64,000 nucleotides of DNA from Anaerovoracaceae bacterium (lineage in GTDB: Bacteria > Bacillota > Clostridia > Peptostreptococcales > Anaerovoracaceae), in assembly GCA_040766105.1 (NCBI GenBank), contig JAXGRD010000005.1, forward strand, positions 138,178 to 202,177, in the 5' to 3' direction. The translations under genes were made by a program, and so were the position numbers. Below the pieces are notes generated by a model. That model was not told the DNA's origin and did not search any database. It saw nothing but the letters and a program-made list of their open reading frames with translations. Shown piece by piece: positions 8,141-16,407 of the stretch (the first letter of the stretch is position 1; every line of letters starts with the position of its first letter).

Positions 8141-9413
8141 TATGGTTGGAAACTTAATCTAAGTCAAAAGCGATATTGTCGGTCAAAATCTTGTGTAGGA
8201 CACGAACCAACTTTCCTGCCACATGACCAAGTGCTGCGTAGTGGCAACGACCCTGAGAGACTTTAAGGTCATAGTATGCCTTGAAAGTTTCGTTATGAAG
8301 AGTCAGTTGCCAAGCAGCATTCATCAATGCGTAGCGAAGGATTTTGGAACCCCTCTTAGACATTCTAGTGCGAGAGGCGTTGAAATTACCGGATTGATAA
8401 ACAGCAGGGTCAAGACCAGAATAGGCAAGAAGTTGTGAAGGTTTTGCAAAGCGGCGAATGTCGCCAATTTCACCAAGAATCATGGCTCCATTCAAATCAC
8501 CAATGCCGGGAATTGTTTTAAGGACGGAATCCACCTTTTCCATCAGAGCCTTGATGGAATCATTGACCTCTTTGATTTGAGAATCAAGGAGACGAATTTG
8601 GATAATGGATTGCTTGATTTGAAGAGATAGTATATCATTGTTAGTACCGACGGAATTGGTAGCAAGAGCTTTTAGAGCTTTTGCGGTATCTTTGCCAAAG
8701 TGACCCCTAGAGGTCTTGTTCAGCAGGTTGGATAACCGCGCAAGATGCATCTTTGCAATTTCGTCGGGAGAAGAAGATTGCTCCAGTAAAGCATAGCAAG
8801 CTTTGCCGTGAATCCCTGATTGAAAGAAATACTGAAGTTCAGGGAAAGAACGGTCAACGAATGAAATGAGCTGGATTTTAACCTTTGTCCTGGATTTGAC
8901 GAGTTTCTGTCGAAAGCGACAAAGGTTTTTGATTGCGAGAGAATCCATATCCTGTTGAGAAAAGAGGCGATAATGATTCATTTGAAGCGCCTTGACAATC
9001 ATGAGGGAGTCAATACGATCATTCTTAGTTTTGCGTATATTGCCCTTTCTAAGAGAGGCGGTCTGTATGGGATTGATGATACAGATACGAAAGCCTTTAG
9101 GGAAGAGAAATGCCGTAAGGTTCTCTGCATAATGGGCGGTAGACTCCATGCCAATGAGTAAGTCGGATTTTTCATAGACAGATAAGTGAGAGAGCAAAAG
9201 AGAGAAACCCTGGTGGTCGTTGGTGAATGGAAAGGGATCCACTAAAACTTCTCCATCAGCGGAGACCAGGCATGCATAGTGGTTGCGTTTTGCGATATCG
9301 ATACCTACATAAATCATAAAAACAACTCCTAACTATACCACTGTGGATGTTCCACATCGTTTTGTCCTCATAAACTTGCCGGAAATAAAAGTTCTAAGAC
9401 TTATCCAACCATA
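8141..9413 (-). mobile_element. IS110-family insertion sequence (boundaries approximate)
   Basis: Contains the IS110-type transposase. The only terminal symmetry I see is TATGGTTGG (8141-8149) versus CCAACCATA (9405-9413). IS110 elements often lack inverted repeats, so the true ends may lie anywhere in 8022-8153 and 9318-9568. Confidence 0.55.
8154..9317 (-). CDS. IS110-family transposase (DEDD N-domain plus C-terminal Ser-recombinase-like domain)
   Basis: 387 aa. MIYVGIDIAKRNHYACLV start and a C-terminal IPGIGDLNGAMILGEIGDIRRF..QSG...MSKRGSKILR pattern are typical of IS110/IS1111 enzymes. Confidence 0.9.
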   Translation of the reverse strand: MIYVGIDIAKRNHYACLVSADGEVLVDPFPFTNDHQGFSLLLSHLSVYEKSDLLIGMESTAHYAENLTAFLFPKGFRICIINPIQTASLRKGNIRKTKNDRIDSLMIVKALQMNHYRLFSQQDMDSLAIKNLCRFRQKLVKSRTKVKIQLISFVDRSFPELQYFFQSGIHGKACYALLEQSSSPDEIAKMHLARLSNLLNKTSRGHFGKDTAKALKALATNSVGTNNDILSLQIKQSIIQIRLLDSQIKEVNDSIKALMEKVDSVLKTIPGIGDLNGAMILGEIGDIRRFAKPSQLLAYSGLDPAVYQSGNFNASRTRMSKRGSKILRYALMNAAWQLTLHNETFKAYYDLKVSQGRCHYAALGHVAGKLVRVLHKILTDNIAFDLD

Positions 9414-9568
9414 AACGATTTAGACAAAACTGTGGCAATACACTCCTATCGAGAAGTCAAGCTTCAAGAAAAAATCAAAAGTCCACAGTGTAAGACAAAG
9501 TATATCAAAAAGATAAATAGAAAGGAGTGTATGGTGAAAAATGGTTAATTACACCATACAAGGAAAAA

Positions 9569-11245
9569 ATGAGTTTTAAGTCGGATATTCAGATTGCACA
9601 GGAAACCCCCATAGAAAAGATTTCTACCATAGCGGAGAAGGCGGGAATCCATGAAAAATACGTAGAGTTCTATGGAAATCATAAGGCAAAAATCGATTAC
9701 AACCTTTTGGAAGATCGAAAAGGAGAAACGGACGGAAAGCTGATTCTTGTTACAGCCATTACCCCAACACCTGCCGGCGAGGGGAAGACCACTACGACAG
9801 TGGGGTTGGCCGACGGACTACGCCACATTGGAAAAACCTCCTTTGTGGCACTTCGGGAGCCGTCCATGGGACCGGTCTTCGGGGTGAAGGGTGGTGCTGC
9901 CGGAGGCGGATATGCCCAGGTGGTTCCCATGGAGGATATTAACTTGCATTTTACGGGAGATATGCATGCCATTAGCGCTGCCAACAATCTTCTTGCCGCC
10001 ATGTTGGACAATCACATCCAGCAGGGAAATGAATTGAACATTGACCCCAGGAAGATTACTTGGCGCCGTTGTCTGGATATGAATGACAGGCAGCTGAGAA
10101 ATCTTGTGGACGGACTGGGCGGCAAGCCCCACGGTGTCCCTAGGGAAGACGGGTTTGACATTACGGTGGCCAGTGAGATTATGGCAATCCTTTGTCTGTC
10201 AAAGGATATTATGGACTTAAAGGAACGGGTTGGAAGAATTGTGGTAGGTTATACCCACGATGATAAACCGGTGACGGCGAGAGAGCTAAAGGCGGAGGGT
10301 GCCATGGCAGTTCTGCTGAAAGATGCCCTGAAACCTAATTTAGTACAGACATTGGAACATACTCCGGCATTCATCCACGGCGGACCCTTCGCCAATATTG
10401 CCCATGGATGCAATTCCATTATGGCAACACGAATAGCGCTGAAGCTGGCCGATTATGTGGTGACGGAGGCGGGCTTCGGCGGAGACTTAGGGGCAGAAAA
10501 GTTCTTGGATATTAAATGTCGTATGGCAGGTCTGATGCCTTCAGCTGTCGTTGTGGTTGCCACTGTTCGAGCCCTGAAACATCACGGTGGTGTAACCAAA
10601 GATAAGCTCAACGAAGAAAACTTGGAAGCTTTGGAAAAAGGGCTCCCCAATCTTCTCCAGCATGTGGAGAATATGACCACGGTCTACGGCCTACCTGCTG
10701 TAGTAGCTATCAACGCCTTTCCTACAGACACAGATGCGGAATTGAAACTGGTGGAAGACAAGTGCAGGGAGCTGGGTGTCAAGGTTGCCTTATCTCAGGT
10801 ATGGGAAAAGGGTGGTGAAGGTGGTGCAGCCCTGGCAGAGGAAGTGGTTCGTCTATGTGATGAACCCAATGACTTTGCCTATTCCTATGATTTAGATAGT
10901 TCTATTGAAGAAAAAATTGAAGCCATTGCAACCAAGGTCTATCGTGCCAAGGATATTTCCTTCGGCCCCATTGCGAAAAATCAGCTAAAACAGCTGACAG
11001 AACTGGGATTTGGGAATCTTCCCGTTTGTATGGCAAAGACACAGTACAGTTTTTCCGATGATCCCAAACTGCTGGGTGCACCCAGAGACTTTACCGTTAC
11101 TATTAGAAACTTGAAGGTTTCCGCGGGGGCAGGCTTTATCGTTGCCTTGACGGGAGACATTATGACTATGCCGGGTCTTCCAAAGGTTCCGGCGGCGGAA
11201 AAAATAGATGTGGACAGCAGCGGAAGGATAAGTGGGCTTTTCTAA
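9569..11245 (+). CDS. fhs: formate-tetrahydrofolate ligase
   Basis: [12 protein letters not shown] start and [17 protein letters not shown]-loop. The track ORF starts at a GTG inside the RBS (9527), so I chose the ATG at 9569. Confidence 0.9.
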   Translation: MSFKSDIQIAQETPIEKISTIAEKAGIHEKYVEFYGNHKAKIDYNLLEDRKGETDGKLILVTAITPTPAGEGKTTTTVGLADGLRHIGKTSFVALREPSMGPVFGVKGGAAGGGYAQVVPMEDINLHFTGDMHAISAANNLLAAMLDNHIQQGNELNIDPRKITWRRCLDMNDRQLRNLVDGLGGKPHGVPREDGFDITVASEIMAILCLSKDIMDLKERVGRIVVGYTHDDKPVTARELKAEGAMAVLLKDALKPNLVQTLEHTPAFIHGGPFANIAHGCNSIMATRIALKLADYVVTEAGFGGDLGAEKFLDIKCRMAGLMPSAVVVVATVRALKHHGGVTKDKLNEENLEALEKGLPNLLQHVENMTTVYGLPAVVAINAFPTDTDAELKLVEDKCRELGVKVALSQVWEKGGEGGAALAEEVVRLCDEPNDFAYSYDLDSSIEEKIEAIATKVYRAKDISFGPIAKNQLKQLTELGFGNLPVCMAKTQYSFSDDPKLLGAPRDFTVTIRNLKVSAGAGFIVALTGDIMTMPGLPKVPAAEKIDVDSSGRISGLF

Positions 11246-11257
11246 AGGAGTATAGCT

Positions 11258-11887
11258 ATGGAACGAAGTTGTAAGGAATTTGTGGAAGTTCTTGCGGGGA
11301 AGGATCCCGTACCCGGTGGGGGCGGTGCCTCTGCCTTGGTAGGTGCCATAGGAACTGCTTTGGGAAACATGGTCGGTTCTTTGACCATAGGGAAGAAGCA
11401 GTATGCCGATGTGCAAGGGGACATTGAGAGTCTTCGCATTCAGGCAGATCGACTGCAGACGGAGTTTTTGGTCCTCATCGAAAAGGATACCGTGGCATTT
11501 GCCCCCTTGGCGGAGGCGTATAGAATGCCCAAGGAGACAGAGGAGGAGCGGGAAGAGAAGGCTCGCACCATGGAAACTTGCCTGGTGAATGCCTGCCTGG
11601 TCCCCTTGGAAATCATGGAAAAATGTGGAGAGGCCATTGCACTTCACAGAGAGTTTGCTGAAAAGGGGACGAGAATCGCCATCTCCGATGTGGGCGTTGG
11701 TGTGATTTTTTGCAAGGCTGCCCTTCAAGGAGCAAGTTTAAATGTCTTCATCAACACATCCTCCATGATCAATAGGGAAAAGGCGGAAGAGCTGGAAGAT
11801 AAGGCGACCGGATTGTTGACAAAATATATGAAGCTTGCAGATGAGATTTATGAAGAAGTCTCGCTCACAATCAGGGGGAAAGAATGA
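11258..11887 (+). CDS. fchA: methenyl-THF cyclohydrolase / formimino-THF cyclodeaminase family protein
   Basis: 209 aa. The PVPGGGGASALVGAIG motif is typical of the FTCD_C/FchA family. It lies between fhs and folD. Confidence 0.75.
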   Translation: MERSCKEFVEVLAGKDPVPGGGGASALVGAIGTALGNMVGSLTIGKKQYADVQGDIESLRIQADRLQTEFLVLIEKDTVAFAPLAEAYRMPKETEEEREEKARTMETCLVNACLVPLEIMEKCGEAIALHREFAEKGTRIAISDVGVGVIFCKAALQGASLNVFINTSSMINREKAEELEDKATGLLTKYMKLADEIYEEVSLTIRGKE

Positions 11888-12744
11888 CGAAAATTTGGAA
11901 TGGCAAGGATGTTGTGGACGCACTCAACGAAAAGTTGCATCAGACGGTGTCAGAGCTAAAAGAGGCAGGAGTACATCCCACCATAGGGATTCTGCGCGTG
12001 GCGGAAGACCCCAGCGCTGTGGCATACGAAAAAGGCGCCACCAAGCGAGCCGAAAAGATTGGCATCAATGTGAAGAGCATTTCTCTTCCCCAAGAAACGG
12101 GAGAGGCAGATGTTCTGGCTATGATCGAGATGCTAAATGTGGATGATGCAGTACATGGTGTCTTGATTTTCAGTCCTCTACCGGAGCATATTGATGAAAA
12201 GCGCGTGCGGGAGATGCTCACTCCCGAAAAAGATGTGGACGGCATTACGTCCGGCTCCATGGCCGGGGTCTATATGGGTGAGAAGAGAGGCTATCCTCCT
12301 TGTACTGCGCAGGCGTGCATGGAGATGTTGGACTACTATGGGGTGGATCCGGAAGGCAAGCGAGTTGCAGTCATAGGCCGCAGCTTGGTGGTGGGACGAC
12401 CGGTTTCCATGATGCTCATGAGGGCCAATGCCACGGTTACCATTTGTCATACGAAGACGAAGAATATGTGGGAGGTTGCACGGAGTGCGGACATCCTAGT
12501 TGTAGCCGCGGGGAAGGCTAAGGCCATTGGCGAGGCGTATTTCAGAGAAGATCAGATTGTAATTGACGTGGGAATCAATATGGATGAGGATGGCACCATG
12601 TGCGGCGATACGGATTTTGATGCTGCCATGGGAAAGGTCGCTGCCATCACTCCGGTTCCGGGCGGAGTGGGATCTGTGACAACCAGCATATTGATGAAAC
12701 ATGTGGTGGAAGCCGCATTGCGGAAGAAGGACAAGGGAATATGA
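11884..12744 (+). CDS. folD: bifunctional methylene-THF dehydrogenase / methenyl-THF cyclohydrolase
   Basis: 286 aa with DVDG..., GRSLVVGRPVSMML and PVPGGVG motifs. Confidence 0.9.
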   Translation: MTKIWNGKDVVDALNEKLHQTVSELKEAGVHPTIGILRVAEDPSAVAYEKGATKRAEKIGINVKSISLPQETGEADVLAMIEMLNVDDAVHGVLIFSPLPEHIDEKRVREMLTPEKDVDGITSGSMAGVYMGEKRGYPPCTAQACMEMLDYYGVDPEGKRVAVIGRSLVVGRPVSMMLMRANATVTICHTKTKNMWEVARSADILVVAAGKAKAIGEAYFREDQIVIDVGINMDEDGTMCGDTDFDAAMGKVAAITPVPGGVGSVTTSILMKHVVEAALRKKDKGI

Positions 12745-13400
12745 ACACAACAGAGAATTTGGGCTTTGCCAATTTGGACCTGATCAGAAAACAGCGGACG
12801 GGGGCGCCGGAGGCTGTTTTTTGTCAAGGGAAGACCAGTGGGCAAGTGGCAGAAATCATTCAGACCCTTTCCAAAGGGGAAGATACCATCTTTGGAACCA
12901 GGGCCACCCAACGGGATTACGAAGAGACGAAAAAACTGGTACCGGAAGCGAAATATTTTGAGGAGGCGAGAATCATCGCCGTGGAGAAAAAGGTTCTTCC
13001 CAAGAAGGAAGGCGTGGTAGCAGTGATTACAGCGGGTACGGCGGACATTCCCGTTGCGGAAGAAGCGGCGGTGACGGCAGAGCTGTTGGGGAATCCGGTG
13101 AATCGCATTTACGACGTGGGCGTAGCGGGAATCCATCGCCTCTTTGATCGACTGGAAGAAATCAGGAAGGCAAATGTAGTCATTGTGGTTGCCGGCATGG
13201 AGGGTGCACTGCCCAGCGTGTTGGGTGGATTGGTGGAAAGTCCGGTGGTTGCCGTTCCCACCAGCGTGGGATACGGTGCTCATTTTGAAGGGTTGACGGC
13301 TCTTCTCGCCATGCTCAACAGCTGTGCGCCGGGAATTGGCGTTGTGAATATCGATAACGGTTACGGTGCCGCTTGTTTGGCATCCAAGATGAATAGGTGA
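12741..13400 (+). CDS. larB: nickel-pincer cofactor biosynthesis protein LarB (PurE-like carboxylase/hydrolase)
   Basis: VAVITAGTADIPVAEEAAVTAELLG..IYDVGVAGIHRL..VVAGMEGALPSV..AVPTSVGYG is near-colinear with LarB as I remember it. The ATGA overlaps the folD stop. Confidence 0.85.
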   Translation: MNTTENLGFANLDLIRKQRTGAPEAVFCQGKTSGQVAEIIQTLSKGEDTIFGTRATQRDYEETKKLVPEAKYFEEARIIAVEKKVLPKKEGVVAVITAGTADIPVAEEAAVTAELLGNPVNRIYDVGVAGIHRLFDRLEEIRKANVVIVVAGMEGALPSVLGGLVESPVVAVPTSVGYGAHFEGLTALLAMLNSCAPGIGVVNIDNGYGAACLASKMNR

Positions 13401-13404
13401 GAAT

Positions 13405-14037
13405 ATGAAGTTATATATGGATTGTACCAACGGCATCAGCAGCGACATGGTGCTTATGGCTTTGCTGGATTTGGGCGCAGACAAAAGGGCTTGTGACAAG
13501 GGGGTAGAGAGCCTCAGATTGGGAAGGGACCACTATCACAGCCGAAGCTACGGCGATATTAAGAAGATCATCAACGAAGGTGAGCTTAGCCCAAGGGCAA
13601 AGGAAATTGCTCTAAAGACCTATGAGGCCATTGCCATTGCGGAGGCGGAGGTCCATGAAGAAACGGTGGAAACAGTTCACTTTCATGAAGTGGGAAGAGA
13701 CAAGGCCATTGAGAATATTGTAGGTGCAGCCATAGCCTTGGACTCACTGAATCCTGAGGGTGTCTATTGCTCTGCGATTCACGACGGTCACGGGACAATC
13801 TTGTGCAGTCACGGTGAAATCCCGGTGCCCGTTCCTGCCGTAGCCGCGATGATGAAGGTGTGTGACTACGACTTTGTCACCGATGATATTGAGACGGAAA
13901 TGGTCACCCCAACGGGTCTGGCTTTACTCATAGGTATGGGTGCCCAAAAGGGGGGATTGACAGCAATTAAGAAGACGGGGGTCGGAAAGGGCACGCGAGA
14001 TATCGGCCGAGGGGGACTGAAGGTACATATTATCTAA
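13405..14037 (+). CDS. larC: LarC-family protein, N-terminal (LarC1-like) domain only
   Basis: MKLYMDCTNGISSDMVLMALLDLG, HFHEVG and GEIPVPVPA..TPTG motifs match the LarC N-domain. The 210-aa ORF ends in TAA and is followed by a terminator. No C-terminal domain is present. Confidence 0.65.
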   Translation: MKLYMDCTNGISSDMVLMALLDLGADKRACDKGVESLRLGRDHYHSRSYGDIKKIINEGELSPRAKEIALKTYEAIAIAEAEVHEETVETVHFHEVGRDKAIENIVGAAIALDSLNPEGVYCSAIHDGHGTILCSHGEIPVPVPAVAAMMKVCDYDFVTDDIETEMVTPTGLALLIGMGAQKGGLTAIKKTGVGKGTRDIGRGGLKVHII

Positions 14038-14050
14038 TATCTAGATTTGA

Positions 14051-14089
14051 GACCGGTGGATTTGGAGCCATTTCCAACCATCGGTTTTT
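14051..14089 (+). terminator. intrinsic terminator after larC
   Basis: ACCGGTGG...CCATCGGT stem (one G-U pair) followed by TTTTT. Confidence 0.6.
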
Positions 14090-14140
14090 TGATGGAAAGA
14101 AATGTGACAAAAGGGAAATATAACAGAACCGTAACACTTA

Positions 14141-14169
14141 TTGATAATGGAGTAACAAACCAATATACT
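14141..14169 (+). promoter_or_regulatory. sigma-A promoter (TTGATA-17 nt-TATACT) for the ABC transporter pair
   Basis: Hexamers and spacing read directly, 34 nt upstream of the ATG at 14203. Confidence 0.5.
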
Positions 14170-14202
14170 CGTGGTGAAAATCGAGAAAGAGAGGTAAGGC
14201 TT

Positions 14203-16404
14203 ATGATTAGATTGAACAACGTCTCAAAGTTCTATTACAGCAAGGGTATCATTGCCAGCGGGATTACCAAGGTGAACCTGGAACTGAACGTGGGAGAGTT
14301 CGTTGTGATTACCGGAGAGTCGGGCAGCGGGAAATCCACCTTGCTCAATGTAATCTCCGGATTGGACACCTACGAAGAAGGGGAGATGTACATTGACGGG
14401 ATTGAAACCAGTCACTATACATCGGGAGATTTTGAGCAATACAGAAAGAAGTATATCGGCAATATCTTCCAAAACTTCAACTTAATCAACAGCTACACAG
14501 TCTATCAAAATGTGGAGCTGATTTTGTTGATTAAGGGGTGCTCCAAGGAAGAAACCAAGGCGAAGGTGCCTGAAATCATCCAAAAGGTAGGCTTGACGGA
14601 ATACACCAACACAAAGGCATCCAAGCTATCGGGGGGGCAGAAGCAGAGAGTTTCCATCGCTCGTGCCCTTGCCAAGGAGACTTCCGTCATCGTGGCAGAT
14701 GAGCCTACGGGAAATCTGGACACCGTTTCCGCTCAGGGCATCGTTCAACTGCTGAAGGAATTGGCAAAGGACCGACTGATTATCGTAGTAACCCATAACT
14801 TTGACCAGTTTGCCGATCAAGCAACGAGAGTTATAAAAATGCATGACGGTCGCGTGGTGGAAGACAAGTCCATGGCTCATGGAGAAGAGAAAACACCTGC
14901 CTTGCAACCGGTATCTTCTCGAGAAATCACAGGCGGCAGCGTAGTCAGATTGGGGACCAGGAATACCTTCAACATATTGACCAAGTTTTTTTTGCTGCTG
15001 ATTGTCTTTCTCTTTGTGACCCTGGCAATCAGCTCCCAATACACATCTTTTGCCAAACAAAAGGATGAAATGGCAAAGTTGGGATTTAACAGTTACTTCA
15101 GCAATACAGACACCTCCCGTATTGTCTTGAAAAAAACCGATAAGACTGCATTTACCGACGAGGATTATGCCCGGTTGGCAAAGATGAAGAATATCAAGAG
15201 TGTGGTGAAAGAGGATATCGTTCTGGATGCCAACGTGATGATGGAAAAAGAAAACTTCATCTTTAGCGGCTACCCGGCGGATCTGCAGCAGTTTAAGGGA
15301 AAACCGGACAAGGGGGTTCTTCCCAAAGAGGATAACGAAGTTCTTTTGGAAGGCCCTGACGACGGATACTCCTTGCCGGAGGATATTTTGGGAAAAGAAA
15401 TCGACATGACCTACCAGGACACTTTTTCCAAGAAGATGAAGGTGGTGGGCATCAAGTATATAGATGCGGTCTCCATGACCAACAACGGGAAGGTGTACAT
15501 GACGCCGGCGGCAACAGAGGAACTGACTTTGGCGGTGTATCAAACCTACAGCGAAACCAAGGTGACCATTGACGGTAAGATATATAAGGCTGAGATAGGA
15601 ATGCCTCTGAATCGAGTGGTTCCCAACAAAAACGTTGACCCGGGGGAAGCGTTAGTCACGGAGGAGATGCACTATCAGTTTTCAAGCGGATGGGCCATAG
15701 GCAAGAACATCGATATCAGGGTGAAAACCCCCTATTTCTCCGACGGTATCACGGTAAAAATTGACGGTACCTACAACAAGGACAACTGGGAGAAAAAGAC
15801 GGGATTGAAAGACTTTGAGCTTCACAGCGGAGAAATCTATGTGAACCCCGCTGACTTTAAGAGCATGTTCGACAACGGCAACTTTCAAAGCAGCGTGTAT
15901 GTGTCGGATTTAAAGATTATAGATGAAACAAAGGAAGCTCTCGCGGATAAGGGTTACGAACCCTTGGTGATTGCTGACACCTTGGTGAAGTTTATCGACA
16001 CGGCCATCACAGATATCGTTCGGGTGCCCTTGGTGGTAATCCTGGTGTTGGCTCTCTTCTTCATCGCCTACTTCGTCATTCGCCTCATCATGAAATCCAG
16101 AGCCGTATACTTTACCATTTTGCGAATCTTGGGGATGAGCAGGAAGAAGGCGAAGCAAATTTTGGACCTGGAGTTTTTCATTATCATCAATATCGCCTAT
16201 GTGATCTTCCTAGGGGTGGTAGCCTTGGCAGCAACGGGTGTCATCGGCATCCCCTTCATGCAGGACTTGGTCACCTATCTGAGAGTGAGGGACTATATCT
16301 TCCTCTACCTTGCCTTAGTGGTGCTGGCGTATTTGATCTCGTCAAAATTTGCCAGATCGATCTTTAAGAAATCGGCAATGGATGCATACAGAGAGGAGGC
16401 GTAA
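14203..16404 (+). CDS. MacB-like ABC transporter: N-terminal ATPase fused to an FtsX-type permease with a large extracytoplasmic domain
   Basis: Walker A GESGSGKST, signature LSGGQKQR and Walker B VIVADEPT, then one TM helix, an approximately 330-aa loop and C-terminal TM helices. The ATG at 14203 (MIRLNNVSKFY) lies behind GAGAGG. Confidence 0.8.
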   Translation: MIRLNNVSKFYYSKGIIASGITKVNLELNVGEFVVITGESGSGKSTLLNVISGLDTYEEGEMYIDGIETSHYTSGDFEQYRKKYIGNIFQNFNLINSYTVYQNVELILLIKGCSKEETKAKVPEIIQKVGLTEYTNTKASKLSGGQKQRVSIARALAKETSVIVADEPTGNLDTVSAQGIVQLLKELAKDRLIIVVTHNFDQFADQATRVIKMHDGRVVEDKSMAHGEEKTPALQPVSSREITGGSVVRLGTRNTFNILTKFFLLLIVFLFVTLAISSQYTSFAKQKDEMAKLGFNSYFSNTDTSRIVLKKTDKTAFTDEDYARLAKMKNIKSVVKEDIVLDANVMMEKENFIFSGYPADLQQFKGKPDKGVLPKEDNEVLLEGPDDGYSLPEDILGKEIDMTYQDTFSKKMKVVGIKYIDAVSMTNNGKVYMTPAATEELTLAVYQTYSETKVTIDGKIYKAEIGMPLNRVVPNKNVDPGEALVTEEMHYQFSSGWAIGKNIDIRVKTPYFSDGITVKIDGTYNKDNWEKKTGLKDFELHSGEIYVNPADFKSMFDNGNFQSSVYVSDLKIIDETKEALADKGYEPLVIADTLVKFIDTAITDIVRVPLVVILVLALFFIAYFVIRLIMKSRAVYFTILRILGMSRKKAKQILDLEFFIIINIAYVIFLGVVALAATGVIGIPFMQDLVTYLRVRDYIFLYLALVVLAYLISSKFARSIFKKSAMDAYREEA

Positions 16405-16407
16405 ATC

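Noticed and set aside
9531-9548. Mini-ORF ATG GTG AAA AAT GGT TAA immediately after a GAAAGGAG box upstream of fhs.
   Set aside because: The RBS-to-ATG spacing is only 3 nt and the ORF has 5 codons. There is no evidence for a leader peptide function.
12552-13499. 315-aa ORF antisense to larB. Similar long antisense ORFs lie at 10985-11728, 14626-15543, 20532-21371, 23130-24005, 26336-27645, 28045-28815, 29335-30225, 30633-31763, 36572-37556, 38612-39385, 39756-40800, 55458-56060 and 62054-63409.
   Set aside because: Each lies fully inside a confidently identified gene on the other strand. The translations are low-complexity or Ser/Cys/His-rich with no recognisable motifs or RBS. They are typical shadow ORFs.
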